Sequence record: NC_010811.2
Reading direction: 5' to 3' (one strand)
Length of the DNA: 64,000 nucleotides
Part shown: positions 44,787-55,039 of the stretch, one piece after another
How the letters are laid out: every line of letters starts with the position of its first letter
Numbering within the stretch: position 1 is the first letter of the stretch
Program-made: the position numbers and the translations under genes
Notes under the pieces: generated by a model
The model's input: only the letters and a program-made list of their open reading frames with translations
Databases searched by the model: none
What the model was told of the DNA's origin: nothing

Positions 44787-45401
44787 ATGTTGAACACCAT
44801 GGAGTTCGACCACATCGTTGCTGAACTGTCCAAGCATCTGGTGATGGGTCACATCGCTTTCGTGAACGGCGTAAATACGCAGCATGCCCGCCAACTGCAA
44901 CCGATGAAGGACGGGGTCTATGGGCTGTACTTCCGTCTGCAGGTTCACGCTTGGAACGGCGGCTACGAACGCAACGGGCAGGTGCATCATGCGGAGTGGG
45001 AACGACGTTACGACCGCGTGCTGCACGTGATCGTCACCGAACGTCACAACGTGTTCGTGGCACGCACCGATCGCACGCGCAGCACGGAGCTCCCGCCACT
45101 GGACCAGTGGGAGAACACGACGAATCACGACTCTTGCTGGTCGCAGAACGGCTTCGGCCTGCGCGAAGTCGTGAACGAGGCGTACGAAACGTGCTGGGCT
45201 CACATGCCGGAACCCCACAAGCTGCCTCCGGTCATGACGCCGATCATGTGCCAGTTTGAGAACTGGTGCTTCGGTGCACCGCCGTTCACCGCAGTAAAAG
45301 TGAAGGCAGTGGTTGATCCCGAAGACAGCTATCGCAAGGTGCTGCTCGACATCAAGCCGCTGACCTGCCATCTCAACATCATCGACCCGGAGGCTTCTTG
45401 A
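44787..45401 (+). CDS. Hypothetical protein
   Basis: ORF packing. Confidence 0.7.
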   Translation: MLNTMEFDHIVAELSKHLVMGHIAFVNGVNTQHARQLQPMKDGVYGLYFRLQVHAWNGGYERNGQVHHAEWERRYDRVLHVIVTERHNVFVARTDRTRSTELPPLDQWENTTNHDSCWSQNGFGLREVVNEAYETCWAHMPEPHKLPPVMTPIMCQFENWCFGAPPFTAVKVKAVVDPEDSYRKVLLDIKPLTCHLNIIDPEAS

Positions 45402-45772
45402 TCGCCGATCTCGTCTGGAATCTGTTTCTCGTCGCGCTGTACGGCGCGTGGTATGGCTGGCACATGACATGGGCTGGCCTTGTGCTGCTCACCATCATCT
45501 GGCTCGCGTCCATCATTCGCCTGATCGCGTCACAGGCCAAGGACATCACCAAGGGCTGGAACCGCCTGGAAGTGGAAGGGCGCTATCGCTCACTCAACAA
45601 CTTCGAGCGACTGCGTCATGTGGTGATCAGCGTGGCGCTGGCGGTCGCTGGTAGCCCGATCACCGCCACCGTCAACCTCGTCTGCTTCTTGATGTGCGAC
45701 GCGCAGTACCGACAAGCATCATGCAAGCGATCCTGCCTGCAGCGTGCTCACCCATACCGGGACGCATCATGA
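45398..45772 (+). CDS. Membrane protein
   Basis: Several hydrophobic segments. Confidence 0.6.
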   Translation: MIADLVWNLFLVALYGAWYGWHMTWAGLVLLTIIWLASIIRLIASQAKDITKGWNRLEVEGRYRSLNNFERLRHVVISVALAVAGSPITATVNLVCFLMCDAQYRQASCKRSCLQRAHPYRDAS

Positions 45773-45951
45773 CCCTCACGCTTTTGGACAAGAAGTACGA
45801 CGGTGAGTCACTGTACGACGTGGCGCGCGACGTTCACGAGGCGTTCGACAGCCGCTTCACTCCGGCCATGGCGCAGGTACCCAAAGACGAGCACGGGTTT
45901 GCGCAGGGCACCTTCACCATCCATATCACCTGGGAGCCGGATCAATCATGA
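45769..45951 (+). CDS. Small hypothetical protein
   Basis: ATGA overlaps on both ends. Confidence 0.6.
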   Translation: MTLTLLDKKYDGESLYDVARDVHEAFDSRFTPAMAQVPKDEHGFAQGTFTIHITWEPDQS

Positions 45952-46355
45952 CTGTTGCAACTATCGACGACATCGTACCCGGTGCCCTTCTGTATGAAGC
46001 GGTGACTCCCAACAACATGGAAGGGGCTTGGATCGAGACCTATTGTGTGATCGCCCCGCCGCACACGATGCAGTTGAGCACAGGCCCTGCTCTCTTCTTC
46101 GAGACGTACGTCAAGACATCGGGGAACAGTTGCGACTTGGTTGCGAGGACTTCATATCGCTGAAGCGACGCGGGCATCGAACATGAGGGGCGCCGCGTTC
46201 ACAACATCCACAAGACGTTCACCACGCTGGCCGAAGCCGAAGACACAGTCGCTCGCTGGAAGCGGCGCGAGCTGACCACCCAAGAACTGGAAGTAGTCGG
46301 CCCCCACATCAGCGAAGACGAGGCACCCGACACGCAGTTTGCACTCAAGGCATAA
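45948..46355 (+). CDS. Hypothetical protein with apparent frameshift near 46140-46165
   Basis: Coding-like reading continues in another frame (SDAGIEHEGRRVHNIHKTF...) to TAA 46355. Confidence 0.5.
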
Positions 46356-46357
46356 TC

Positions 46358-46823
46358 ATGAGCCTCTGCTATCCATTCACACTAGAACCGTACACAAGCC
46401 AACAGTTCGCATGTCGTTCCCTGACCTGCACGATCAAGGCGTCAACATCGCGTCTGAGGCGCGCATCGCCCGGTGTGGTGCCATCTCGTTGATGAGCGTT
46501 CTCCAACGCTATGTAGAGAAACGCTTGCCCATACCGCTCCCCGGCCCCGTGGGCGAAGGTCAGCGTACTATCGCGCTGCCTGCGACCCGTGTGCTGAAAG
46601 TGCATCTCTACAACACGATGCTGGAACGTGGCATGACGAAGGCCGATCTAGCTCGGTTGCTGAAGAAGCAGCCGCCGTCCATCGACCGACTCTTGGACAT
46701 GACTCACAACTCCAGCTCCAGCACGCTGGATGATGCGCTCCACGCTCTGGGGTTAGAAGTGCGACTGGCCGTGGTGCCCCGGCCCCAAAACGTCGTGTTG
46801 CAGAAAAACAACACTGCAAATAG
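46358..46823 (+). CDS. hicB: HicB-like antitoxin (with C-terminal HTH), apparently frameshifted
   Basis: MSLCYPFTLE in one frame joins VRMSFPDL...IPLP...KVHLYNTMLERGMTKADLARLL...TLDDALHALG in another. Confidence 0.65.
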
Positions 46824-46828
46824 GGGTG

Positions 46829-46857
46829 TTGCACGGTGTTGGAATTCCAGGCATAAT
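46829..46857 (+). promoter_or_regulatory. Sigma70-like early promoter
   Basis: TTGCAC-17 nt-CATAAT; 31 nt (46849-46879) identical to 60451-60481. Confidence 0.8.
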
Positions 46858-46918
46858 ACTTCACATGGGCAGCACGCAAACAAAGCAGTAACCGGCAACG
46901 CGCCCCACTCGTTAACCA

Positions 46919-46935
46919 CTCCCATCGAAACGGAG
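46919..46935 (+). repeat. Start-associated element (copy 2)
   Basis: 6 nt before ATG 46942. Confidence 0.9.
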
Positions 46936-46941
46936 CACACC

Positions 46942-47361
46942 ATGATCAAGTTCGACAAAGCCACGGCTCGCACCCTGTCCGCAGAATTCATTCAAGAGGT
47001 TGCAGAGCTCGCCAAGCGTCACGGCATCGTAGTCCAGCCGCACGGTGGCACAGTGGGCGACACGTATCTCGATCTCAAGTTCCGTTTCACAAACAAAGCT
47101 GACTGCAGGGCAGGCCGCTCAGCAAAAGCAAGAGGCGCGCGACACCTCGGTTCAAGGAGCTCGCCGCCGCATGGCGCTCCCTACGCTGATGTGTATCGTC
47201 TGCCGCTCAACGGCGTCGGTCGCAAAGTCAATGTGAACGGCGAGCAAATGAGCATCGTCGGGTTCGCGCCCAATCGTCCCAAGTTCCCGGTCGTGGTCAT
47301 GAACGCTCAAGGCAAGACCTTCAAGACCACGGTCGCAACGGTCGCCAGCCAGCTCAAGTAA
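46942..47361 (+). CDS. Early hypothetical protein (middle segment probably affected by indels)
   Basis: MIKFDKATARTL...; C-terminal SH3-like segment. Confidence 0.7.
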   Translation: MIKFDKATARTLSAEFIQEVAELAKRHGIVVQPHGGTVGDTYLDLKFRFTNKADCRAGRSAKARGARHLGSRSSPPHGAPYADVYRLPLNGVGRKVNVNGEQMSIVGFAPNRPKFPVVVMNAQGKTFKTTVATVASQLK

Positions 47362-47386
47362 AACGGCCGGGGCCGCTGGCCCTCCC

Positions 47387-47403
47387 CTCCCATCGAAACG
47401 GAG
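47387..47403 (+). repeat. Start-associated element (copy 3)
   Basis: 6 nt before ATG 47410. Confidence 0.9.
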
Positions 47404-47409
47404 CGCATC

Positions 47410-47627
47410 ATGTACTACGAAATCAACGTCGCTCGCAATGGCGACACTTCTTTGCTACCGCAGAGCGCAGATTCTTGACGCGCAGAAGGCAGCCACTCTG
47501 CTCGGCGGATTTCAAGCGTCGCTTCCCGGTATCCGAAGGGTTCAACGTCACGGTCAGCTATCACGAGCATCGTATCGTCGACGCAACCGAGCTTCTGCTG
47601 CCCCCAGCTTTGCTGCAAAATCCGTAA
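47410..47627 (+). CDS. Small early protein, frameshifted in this sequence
   Basis: MYYEINVARNG + (R)HFFATAER + FKRRFPVSEGFNVTVSYHE are distributed over different frames. Confidence 0.55.
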
Positions 47628-47653
47628 GTTTCCAATCGCTGTCAGTCACACTA

Positions 47654-47670
47654 CTCCCATCGAAAAGGAG
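47654..47670 (+). repeat. Start-associated element (copy 4, CTCCCATCGAAAAGGAG)
   Basis: 6 nt before ATG 47677. Confidence 0.9.
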
Positions 47671-47676
47671 AGCATC

Positions 47677-48108
47677 ATGAAGGTCTTCCCGCATCTGTCC
47701 AACGACGACACCGCCTACGTCTCTGTGTTCTTGAGCGCCGCGCAATACGCCTCGCTGCACAAGTACATGCACATGGAGCCCGGTCAACTGGTCAGCTTCC
47801 CGCATGGCGTCAAGCTGTTCAAGCGTGGCTTCGGCTGGTATCGTCTGGACACGAGCAACAATCATCGTGCTGGCGAGAAGCTGCGTCTGGCAGTCTGCAT
47901 CATCCGTCGCTGGTATCGCGAGCAGCTTGAAGCGCAGCACACCGAGCGCCGCGTCGAGGTCCAGGTTCAGCGCATGACCCAAGCCTCGGGTTCGCGTCAT
48001 CGCCTTATCAGAGCGACACGCACCAGTTCCAAACGCTGCCCGTTGCCTCCGCAGCCTGCGTCTACCGCGCAGCTCAGCGCGCTGGCCGCTCGTTTCGCTC
48101 GCCACTGA
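47677..48108 (+). CDS. Early hypothetical protein
   Basis: Start marked by the element; C-terminus may be frameshifted. Confidence 0.65.
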   Translation: MKVFPHLSNDDTAYVSVFLSAAQYASLHKYMHMEPGQLVSFPHGVKLFKRGFGWYRLDTSNNHRAGEKLRLAVCIIRRWYREQLEAQHTERRVEVQVQRMTQASGSRHRLIRATRTSSKRCPLPPQPASTAQLSALAARFARH

Positions 48109-48140
48109 TTGGCGCCCATCCCCCACTCTAGGAGCTGTTC

Positions 48141-48577
48141 ATGGCAACCACGAAAAAGCTGACCGCGAAGGAAAAGCGTGCTCGCATCATGTCCCACACA
48201 GGACGGGCCCTCGTCGAGACCCCGAAGGAATTGCCGCGTGCCACTGCGCGCTACTCCGACGACGAAAAGCGTCGGATCATCAACGAGGCGTATCACATCA
48301 GTAGTCCAGGTGTGGTGGCCACCTGCAAGAAGTACGGCCTGAGCCCCGCCACCATCTACAAGTGGAAGACGGCGTTGGGCATCACCGCAGAGCGTCCCCG
48401 CTTCGCCCAGCGAAAGCCAAGAAGGGCGTCCCGGTTCCGCTCAAGCTGTGGATGGCTGCTGCTAAGATCGACCCGGACGCGCTGAACGGCGAGGACAAGG
48501 ACTGCCAAGATGACGTCATGGGAAGCTATGGACGCCATGATCGCTGTTCCTGGGCTTCCACCTTCCACGTTGCCTGA
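48141..48577 (+). CDS. HTH DNA-binding protein (probable frameshift near 48400)
   Basis: YSDDEKRRII...VVATCKKYGLSPATIYKWK. Confidence 0.55.
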
Positions 48578-48601
48578 GCTACCCAGCGGAAACGATGCTG
48601 T

Positions 48602-48904
48602 GTGTCGTGTGGGAAGGACCTGACGCCGGAGCCGCTGTCTTGGGAACGTGGCGTGCAGGCTCTGAGCAATCTGCCCACAAAGGCAGAGGTCCTCAACTAC
48701 ACTCTGGGCTTCCACCTGTACAGCGACGAGCATCACGTGTACATTGCCCGCAGTGTGTCGCGGCGTCTGTCTCATTTGCAGGAAGACGTGCTGGCGATCC
48801 CCAAACAGGCCATCGTCGAGACGCTGTCGCTCCTCAGCTACGAGCATCAGGACGACCGCCGTGCGCGCATCGACGCCTACAAGAAGGCCAGCACGACCCG
48901 GTAA
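48602..48904 (+). CDS. Hypothetical protein
   Basis: ORF packing. Confidence 0.5.
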   Translation: MSCGKDLTPEPLSWERGVQALSNLPTKAEVLNYTLGFHLYSDEHHVYIARSVSRRLSHLQEDVLAIPKQAIVETLSLLSYEHQDDRRARIDAYKKASTTR

Positions 48905-48979
48905 ACCACGTCACTCCCTTCACATGTTCCAGGGGGCAGCGCGCCCCTTCTTTCGTTTACCCAGATACCAGGACTCATC

Positions 48980-49356
48980 ATGCTCGAACAAATCCGCGCC
49001 GTTTTCAACCTGAAGCCCAATCACTTCCGCCCGCACCGACAAGCTGGAGTTCGCGATCAAGTACGTCGGCCCCGCACTGGGTGATTCTCATGAAGAACCC
49101 TGGAAGCCAGAAGTGGTCGCCGCTCATGTCCAAGACCAAGACCATTCAGGTGCCGAACTGGTTCGGCGATCGTGTGGAAACCATCTTCGCTGTCGAGTCG
49201 TTCGAGACGCAGGCCGCAGCGCGTACATGGGTGGACCAACAGTTCCCCGGTCAGGACGTCGCATTCTCGTCCGCTGCACATCCGTCCATCGATCAACTGC
49301 TGTCGCGCCTCCGTGAGTCCATCGCTACCCGTGCCATGCATCAGTATCAGCAGTAA
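48980..49356 (+). CDS. Hypothetical protein with apparent frameshifts
   Basis: Coding-like segments in three frames from ATG 48980. Confidence 0.45.
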
Positions 49357-49397
49357 ATGAAGCAACACTGGTAACACACATCGAACGAGGAATCATC

Positions 49398-49742
49398 ATG
49401 GCTGCTGCCAACGTATTGAAGCTGCCGGAGCTGGAGACGCTGATCCCAATCCGGAAAGAGGATGTCGCTCTGTCCAAGGACGGCCGGACCTACCTGAGTC
49501 GCATCACGTTTGACGACGCTTCCGGCCAGTGGGTGATCGCCTCGCATTTCAACGAAGAACGGAATCACTGGGTGTCCATCGTGCCGTCGCGTCGACTGGG
49601 CATCATCGTGTTTCTGAACGACAAGCCGGAGTCCACAGACACGCACATCAAGATCACGAGCATCAAGCGCAACGGTCGCGGTCTGTGGGCGGACCCGGTG
49701 TGCCCGCCACCCGCGCCTACAACCGACGGGAGCGCGCAATGA
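49398..49742 (+). CDS. Hypothetical protein
   Basis: GAGG SD; intact ORF. Confidence 0.7.
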   Translation: MAAANVLKLPELETLIPIRKEDVALSKDGRTYLSRITFDDASGQWVIASHFNEERNHWVSIVPSRRLGIIVFLNDKPESTDTHIKITSIKRNGRGLWADPVCPPPAPTTDGSAQ

Positions 49743-50143
49743 CCACGCCCCTGCGTTACATACGGCATCGGATGCAGAAAGGCAAGATGCTGCATCCAGG
49801 CGACTCGTTCTTCCAGCCGTCCTATGAGCGTGTGCGCAGTCCGAAGGGCGAGCCCGTGTCAGGAGTCACGCTCATCATGGACTATGCGTGCCTTGATCAG
49901 GACCCACATACCCGAGCTCTGTCGGCTGCGGAGACGCGGAAGCAACTAGAGCGCGTCACTGCACTCGTAGGTCGCATTTGCGATCATTTGCAACTGGACC
50001 TGACGCAGATCATCCGTGCCACTGAACTTGAACATGAGTACCACATTTCACTCGACGTATCCTCTGATCCCAGCACACCAGACGGTGGACCTCGGGATGC
50101 TGGCGGAGTTCTACCGACTGCGCGCCCAGATGGAGAAGGCTAG
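49739..50143 (+). CDS. Hypothetical protein
   Basis: ATGA overlap. Confidence 0.55.
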   Translation: MTTPLRYIRHRMQKGKMLHPGDSFFQPSYERVRSPKGEPVSGVTLIMDYACLDQDPHTRALSAAETRKQLERVTALVGRICDHLQLDLTQIIRATELEHEYHISLDVSSDPSTPDGGPRDAGGVLPTARPDGEG

Positions 50144-50750
50144 GGCTCAGTATTTCAAGCTCTACCAACAGTTCGTTGACACTGGCCAATCAGTATCTGG
50201 AACAGCTCCCTGAAGCGAAGACCATCATTCGCCTACGACGCGAGATTCGGATGGCAACACGAGGCACACCGGACACTGTTAGGAGCCGACGCGGTGACTG
50301 CAGCCGGATATGTGAGCTTCGGCACTGAGCAGCTATACAAACGCTGAAGCGCACCTCACCAAGAGCGCTTGGCGGAAAGGTGCTGCACTCGTCCATCCAG
50401 ATCGTCACGGCGGCGATCACACGTTGTTCCAACTGTCGCTCGCCGCTTATCGTCTGAACGACCTCACGTTCCTCCAGGAACTGTACATCAATCTCGCGGT
50501 AAATAACCTGTGGTGGAGGTGCTCAAACGCAGCCCACAATTATATGAAGCAGGAGTTGGAGCGTCCTGCCGTCAGTCTGCAACGACTACGCACGCGGCCT
50601 GAATTTCAGAATCGCAATGCTCCATCGCTCTGGGAACGAGGAGCAGGCGCGAATCTTTGCCAGCCAGATGGCACGCGCTCTTGTCCTACGCCTCCAGGCA
50701 GAGTTGCATAGTCTCCTGCTTCGTACACATCAACCTGACCACGAGGAACA
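50034..50750 (+). CDS. J-domain (DnaJ-like) protein, frameshifted in this sequence
   Basis: LVHPDRHGGDHTLFQL...AAY with HPD at 50394-50402; flanking segments lie in other frames. Confidence 0.5.
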
Positions 50751-50752
50751 TC

Positions 50753-51634
50753 ATGTCCACGACCAACACCAAGGCCAGCAAGTCCAAGAAGCTGGCACCG
50801 AACAAGATCAAGCCGGACGCAGCGAAGAAGGGCAAGCCCGCAGCCAAGACCGGTGAGAAGCAACTGACTCCGCTGCAGAAGGCGGCACTCGCTCGCAAGA
50901 ACGGCAAGGCTCCGGCCAAGAAGAAGGCAGCAGCCAAGAAGCTGACGTTCGCCGCTCCGGCTGACTTCAAGCCGTTCTTCCTGGAAGTGGCCATCCGCTC
51001 GGACGCAGACAGCCTCCTGTCCAACGCCATCAAGGCCACGCGCTTCCAAGGTCGCTACGACCCGCAGGCCGAGGACAAGAAGAAGTTCGACCTGTCCGGC
51101 TACGACGTCCCCACGCTGGTCGGCATTCAGGCTCGTCTGTCGGCGGTCCTGGGCAAGCCGGGTCCGCTCAAGGTGTTCCCGGCCGACGTGAAGGAACGCA
51201 ACCTCACGATCAAGGTCAAGAACAAGGAAACGGGCGAAGTCAAGGAGAAGCTGAAGTACACTGGCATGCATCGCCTGCCGAAGAACACCACGCTGATCCT
51301 CGTGCTGCGCGTCGGCCGTCGTGCTGCTGACAACGCGCTGACCGTCGGCCTGAAGGAAGTCCACCAGCTCGTGAAGAACCCGAGCGGCAAGATCGGCCGC
51401 AAGATGCTGGACAAGAAGGATCCGCTGTTCCGCATCCTTGGTCGCACTCGTCAAGGGCTTCCCGCTGCATTCACCAAGGTGCAACTCCCGCCGAAGCGCG
51501 TGCGTGGCGCCAATCGTCCGAAGCGGGGGACGAGGAATAATCGTCCGGCAGTAAACAGACAACTCAACCCTAGGAGGTTCCTGTATGAACAAAGACTACA
51601 AGCTGCGCATCCTTCTGCCGCAGAAGTCGGGTGA
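50753..51634 (+). CDS. K/A-rich (histone-like) N-terminus plus globular basic domain; true stop possibly 51540
   Basis: MSTTNTKASKSKK...KKKAAAKK; a one-base shift gives ...KRGDEE-TAA. Confidence 0.7.
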   Translation: MSTTNTKASKSKKLAPNKIKPDAAKKGKPAAKTGEKQLTPLQKAALARKNGKAPAKKKAAAKKLTFAAPADFKPFFLEVAIRSDADSLLSNAIKATRFQGRYDPQAEDKKKFDLSGYDVPTLVGIQARLSAVLGKPGPLKVFPADVKERNLTIKVKNKETGEVKEKLKYTGMHRLPKNTTLILVLRVGRRAADNALTVGLKEVHQLVKNPSGKIGRKMLDKKDPLFRILGRTRQGLPAAFTKVQLPPKRVRGANRPKRGTRNNRPAVNRQLNPRRFLYEQRLQAAHPSAAEVG

Positions 51635-52342
51635 ACACGGCTCCGCGATTCGCCACCATCACCATCCGTCAGCGCAACAATGCAACGACGCGCAGGGGCG
51701 GGTTGGACCGGCCCGGTCGTGTTCTATCAACATCAGGCATGGGTGCTGGAGAAGCCGCAGTCCAGCGCTCGTGTGTTGGGCGACCACATCATCCTGTCCC
51801 GGAACTCGATCACGGCGTCCTGCATCTCGCAGCCTGAAACGGCCAAGGGCCAACGACGGCTTCACCTATCTGCGTCGCGCGTCGCACATAGCGTTCAGCA
51901 CGGTGGAGGTCCCTGTATCTGTTCGGCTTCTACACCACGGCCGAAAAGAAGGGACGTGATGAAGCGCATGGTCGAGATCCGCGACCAGGAAGTGCTGGAG
52001 GGCTATCGCGAAGGATGCGCAGATGCGCATTCCAGGGAATATCTGGACGAGGGCCACCTGACCGTGGACGATCTGAAGGCAGCAGTCGAGCGCAACACTG
52101 GCCTGAAGGTGAGCATGCGGAAACCGTCGGCTCCTCCCAAGTTCACGAGCAAGCTCGTGCACCCGGCGCCCGCCCAGCCCAATCCGGCGAAGGCCGCGCT
52201 CGGCGCCGCCAAGAAGTCGCCAGTGAAGAATGCCAGCAAGAAGCCGATCCCGGCAGTCAAGGCAGATCTGCCGCACCTGAAGTCCGGCGCGACCGCACCG
52301 ACCACCGCGCTTCAGGCCATGAAAACGGCGTTCAAGGTCTGA
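51585..52342 (+). CDS. Hypothetical protein with multiple apparent frameshifts and K/A/P-rich C-terminus
   Basis: Coding-like pieces in all three + frames. Confidence 0.45.
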
Positions 52343-52411
52343 TCCTTGCACCCCGGTTTTTAGGTGGGGTACACTGCGCCCCGGCCAGTTCTGCACCCGC
52401 AGTACCCAGCA

Positions 52412-52418
52412 GTAAATA
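52412..52418 (+). promoter_or_regulatory. GTAAATA phage promoter motif
   Basis: CAGCAGTAAATA about 70 nt upstream of ATG 52490. Confidence 0.65.
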
Positions 52419-52489
52419 AGCGGTAACGGGCTGACGTGCACCGTGCAACGTACGTCGTATCCAAACCTTTTCTCTAGAGGAAGACTCAG

Positions 52490-53298
52490 ATGGCAATCCC
52501 ACGCAACAAGGGCAAGACCGCCGCAGGCAAGAAACGCGAAGGTCGCCGCCAAGAAGGCAGCCGCAGCCAAGGGCAACAAGAAGGTGGCTCCGGCCGCGAA
52601 CAAGAAGGCACGCACCGCCAAGCAAGCTCCGGCCGCCAAGAAGGCTCCGGCTCGTCAGCAGAAGCAAGTCAAGCAACAGCCGGAGGACACCAAGAAGGCA
52701 GCAGCTCCGAAGGCCGTCGGTCAGCAAGTCGTCATCAAGGTCACTAGTGACCACTTCGAAAGCCGGTGGCAAGCCGACCGCAGCAGCCTACTTCGGCGCT
52801 GAAGGTCAAGTGATCCCCCGTGCTACGGTCAAGGCCGTTGTCGGCCAGACCATCTACCACGAAGTTCTGATCGCGGTGGGCACCATCACCGAAGCTCTGG
52901 AACAGAAGGGCGTGGTCATCTACAAGACGGAAAACGGCCCGGTCATCGCGCTGGATCCGTCGTACGTGTTCGTCACTGGTTCGGCCCCGGCCGCTGCCGC
53001 TGTTGCCGAGTCCGACGACAACGAAGACGACGAAGACGGCGATGATGATGATGCCGGCGACGAAGACGGCGACGAAGATGCCGACTCCGACGATGAGGAC
53101 GGCGACGACGAAGACGACGAAGACGGTGACGACGATTCCGATTCGGACGACGAAGACGACGAAGACGGCGATGATGATGCCGACGACGAAGACGGCGACG
53201 ATGATGACGAAGACGGCGACGACGAAGACGACGAAGACGGTGACGACGAAGATGACGACGGTGACGACGACGGCGAAGAAGGCGACGACTTCTTCTAA
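52490..53298 (+). CDS. Bipolar protein: H1-like basic N-terminus and poly-D/E C-terminus ending GDDFF (two apparent frameshifts)
   Basis: Reconstructed from ORF pieces 52490, 52443 and 52747. Confidence 0.6.
52990..53290 (+). repeat. Low-complexity GAC/GAA/GAT repeat encoding an acidic tract
   Basis: About 95 codons of mostly D/E/G. Confidence 0.9.
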
Positions 53299-53349
53299 GC
53301 TACCAATCGGCCGGCGCACGCACTAGGGCAGGTGTTCTAGTGCACGAGC

Positions 53350-53381
53350 GGGAGCAGGGGCGAATCCTCTGCTCCCCTTTT
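53350..53381 (+). terminator. Rho-independent terminator
   Basis: GGGAGCAGGGG/CCTCTGCTCCC stem + CTTTT. Confidence 0.75.
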
Positions 53382-53417
53382 GTCACATCAGTAGCCCATT
53401 TCTACATCAGGCACACC

Positions 53418-53735
53418 ATGCAACCGGATAAACGAGAACATCTATCGGTGTACAGCAAGCTCTGCAAGTCCTGCGGGCATCTGGACCCGGATGAGCCCAA
53501 GAAGTACAGCAAATGCCACCACTCCAAGGGCAACGAATTCTGTCCGGCGGCGGAAGTGCAGATTGTAGTGGTGGGTCGCGCCCTGAAATACGCGAAGCAG
53601 GTGTTGGCTGCACGTCGTCAGCGCGACGCTAAGGGGGAGGCGAAGATCCTCCAACTGGTAACGCAGCAGAGCGCAGCGTTTGTCGAACGTTTCTACGCAT
53701 ACCTCGAGAACGGAGTTCCCGGTGAAAACCCGTAA
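53418..53735 (+). CDS. Small Cys-rich hypothetical protein
   Basis: CKSCGH...C...C. Confidence 0.65.
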   Translation: MQPDKREHLSVYSKLCKSCGHLDPDEPKKYSKCHHSKGNEFCPAAEVQIVVVGRALKYAKQVLAARRQRDAKGEAKILQLVTQQSAAFVERFYAYLENGVPGENP

Positions 53736-54489
53736 GGCATCGAAAGCCTCGGCCGCTTCCGACAGTGGCCAACAAAAGGTCATCAACCTGACCCGCATCA
53801 AACAGTGGTACATCCCAGCAGACAACGAGGCATATCTCACCCTGAAGAGGCACGGTGTGCCTCTGCTCAAGATCCATCAGAATTTCCTGCCCACGTTGCG
53901 TCTGCTCACGCAGAAGCACAATATCCGTGGGCGAGTCGTCGACTTCACCGACGAGATCCTGGATCCGTTCCTGGAGCGACTGGGCAACACGTGGAACACG
54001 AAATACGGCAAGGCCACCATCACCAACAAGGTCATGGTGTTCCAGGCTAAGGACGACAAGCTGGTCGAAGCGCGCGAGGCGGTACCCAAGTTGGAAGAGC
54101 GCCTGCGCCAATTCTTCGATCGCTGGGGCTTCAAGTTCCAGTGCGAGTTCTCCGAAGTCAAGAGCCGACTCAAGCTGCACGTCGAATACTGGTTCGACAA
54201 CAACAAGTCGCCGGTCATCCTCATGGACGAGCCGGAGGTCGAGCAACCGAAGGTCATGCTGAAGCTGGGCTTCACGCGGCTGGTCTTCGCCTTCGATCAA
54301 CACCAGAACCAGTTCGGCAAGGGTCCCGGCTATGTGCACCTCACCATCGAGGTGAGTCAAGGCGGGCGATGGGCACCGTTGCGCACCAGTCGCTGCACGT
54401 ACACCGAGTTGAGTTCGGTGCTGCCGCTGGTCACCGCACTGATGGACATCCCCAACAAGGACATTCATAATCTCGATAACCCCGCATGA
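53722..54489 (+). CDS. Hypothetical protein
   Basis: GTG start after GGAG. Confidence 0.7.
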   Translation: MKTRKASKASAASDSGQQKVINLTRIKQWYIPADNEAYLTLKRHGVPLLKIHQNFLPTLRLLTQKHNIRGRVVDFTDEILDPFLERLGNTWNTKYGKATITNKVMVFQAKDDKLVEAREAVPKLEERLRQFFDRWGFKFQCEFSEVKSRLKLHVEYWFDNNKSPVILMDEPEVEQPKVMLKLGFTRLVFAFDQHQNQFGKGPGYVHLTIEVSQGGRWAPLRTSRCTYTELSSVLPLVTALMDIPNKDIHNLDNPA

Positions 54490-55028
54490 AAAGGCTCACT
54501 CTTCCATCGCACGAGTATCTATCGCAGTGCTTCTCTTTCACTAAGAGCACGGGTTCTCTGCGATGGAAGAATCGTCCTCCGGAACACTTCCAGTCGGTTA
54601 CCCGCTGCCTCCAAGCGAATACACGTTACGCGGGCAAAGAGGCCGGGTGCCTCATGGTCGATGGACACATAGGTGTGCGTCTAGATGGAAAGCTGTATTA
54701 CGCACATCGCATTATCTGGATGCTCGTAACTGGAGTTGACCCCGGTATCTTGGAAGTCGACCACAAGAACATGGACAAGGCCGACAACCGATGGCGCAAC
54801 CTGCGATTAGCCACCCATGAGCAACAGAGCTATAATGTCCTTCGCCATTCCGGAAACACCTCTGGTGTAAAGGGTGTGAGTTTTAACAAACGCACCAGCA
54901 AGTGGATTGCATTAGTGCAGGGGCGTCGTAGGAAGATACGAAAGGAATTCGCCTTATTTGCTGAGGCCGTAGCTGCGGTTCGTGCCGCACGTAAGCAAGT
55001 TCATAAGCGATTCACCAATCACGGATAA
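54486..55028 (+). CDS. Free-standing HNH homing endonuclease with AP2-like DNA-binding domain
   Basis: YAHRIIW...VDHKNMDKADNRWRNLRLAT...NTSGVKGV...KW; AT-richer codon usage. Confidence 0.9.
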   Translation: MKRLTLPSHEYLSQCFSFTKSTGSLRWKNRPPEHFQSVTRCLQANTRYAGKEAGCLMVDGHIGVRLDGKLYYAHRIIWMLVTGVDPGILEVDHKNMDKADNRWRNLRLATHEQQSYNVLRHSGNTSGVKGVSFNKRTSKWIALVQGRRRKIRKEFALFAEAVAAVRAARKQVHKRFTNHG

Positions 55029-55039
55029 CTGAGCCAATC

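Noticed and set aside
46339-47361. 340-aa ORF in the track
   Set aside because: It is an artefactual fusion of the HicB-like gene, a promoter and a separate gene starting at ATG 46942.
48141-48485. IS3-like transposase OrfA resemblance
   Set aside because: Only an HTH is present; no DDE integrase domain, terminal inverted repeats or target duplication were seen.
52990-53290. Trinucleotide-like repeat as a noncoding satellite
   Set aside because: It is explained by an in-frame poly-D/E protein tail.
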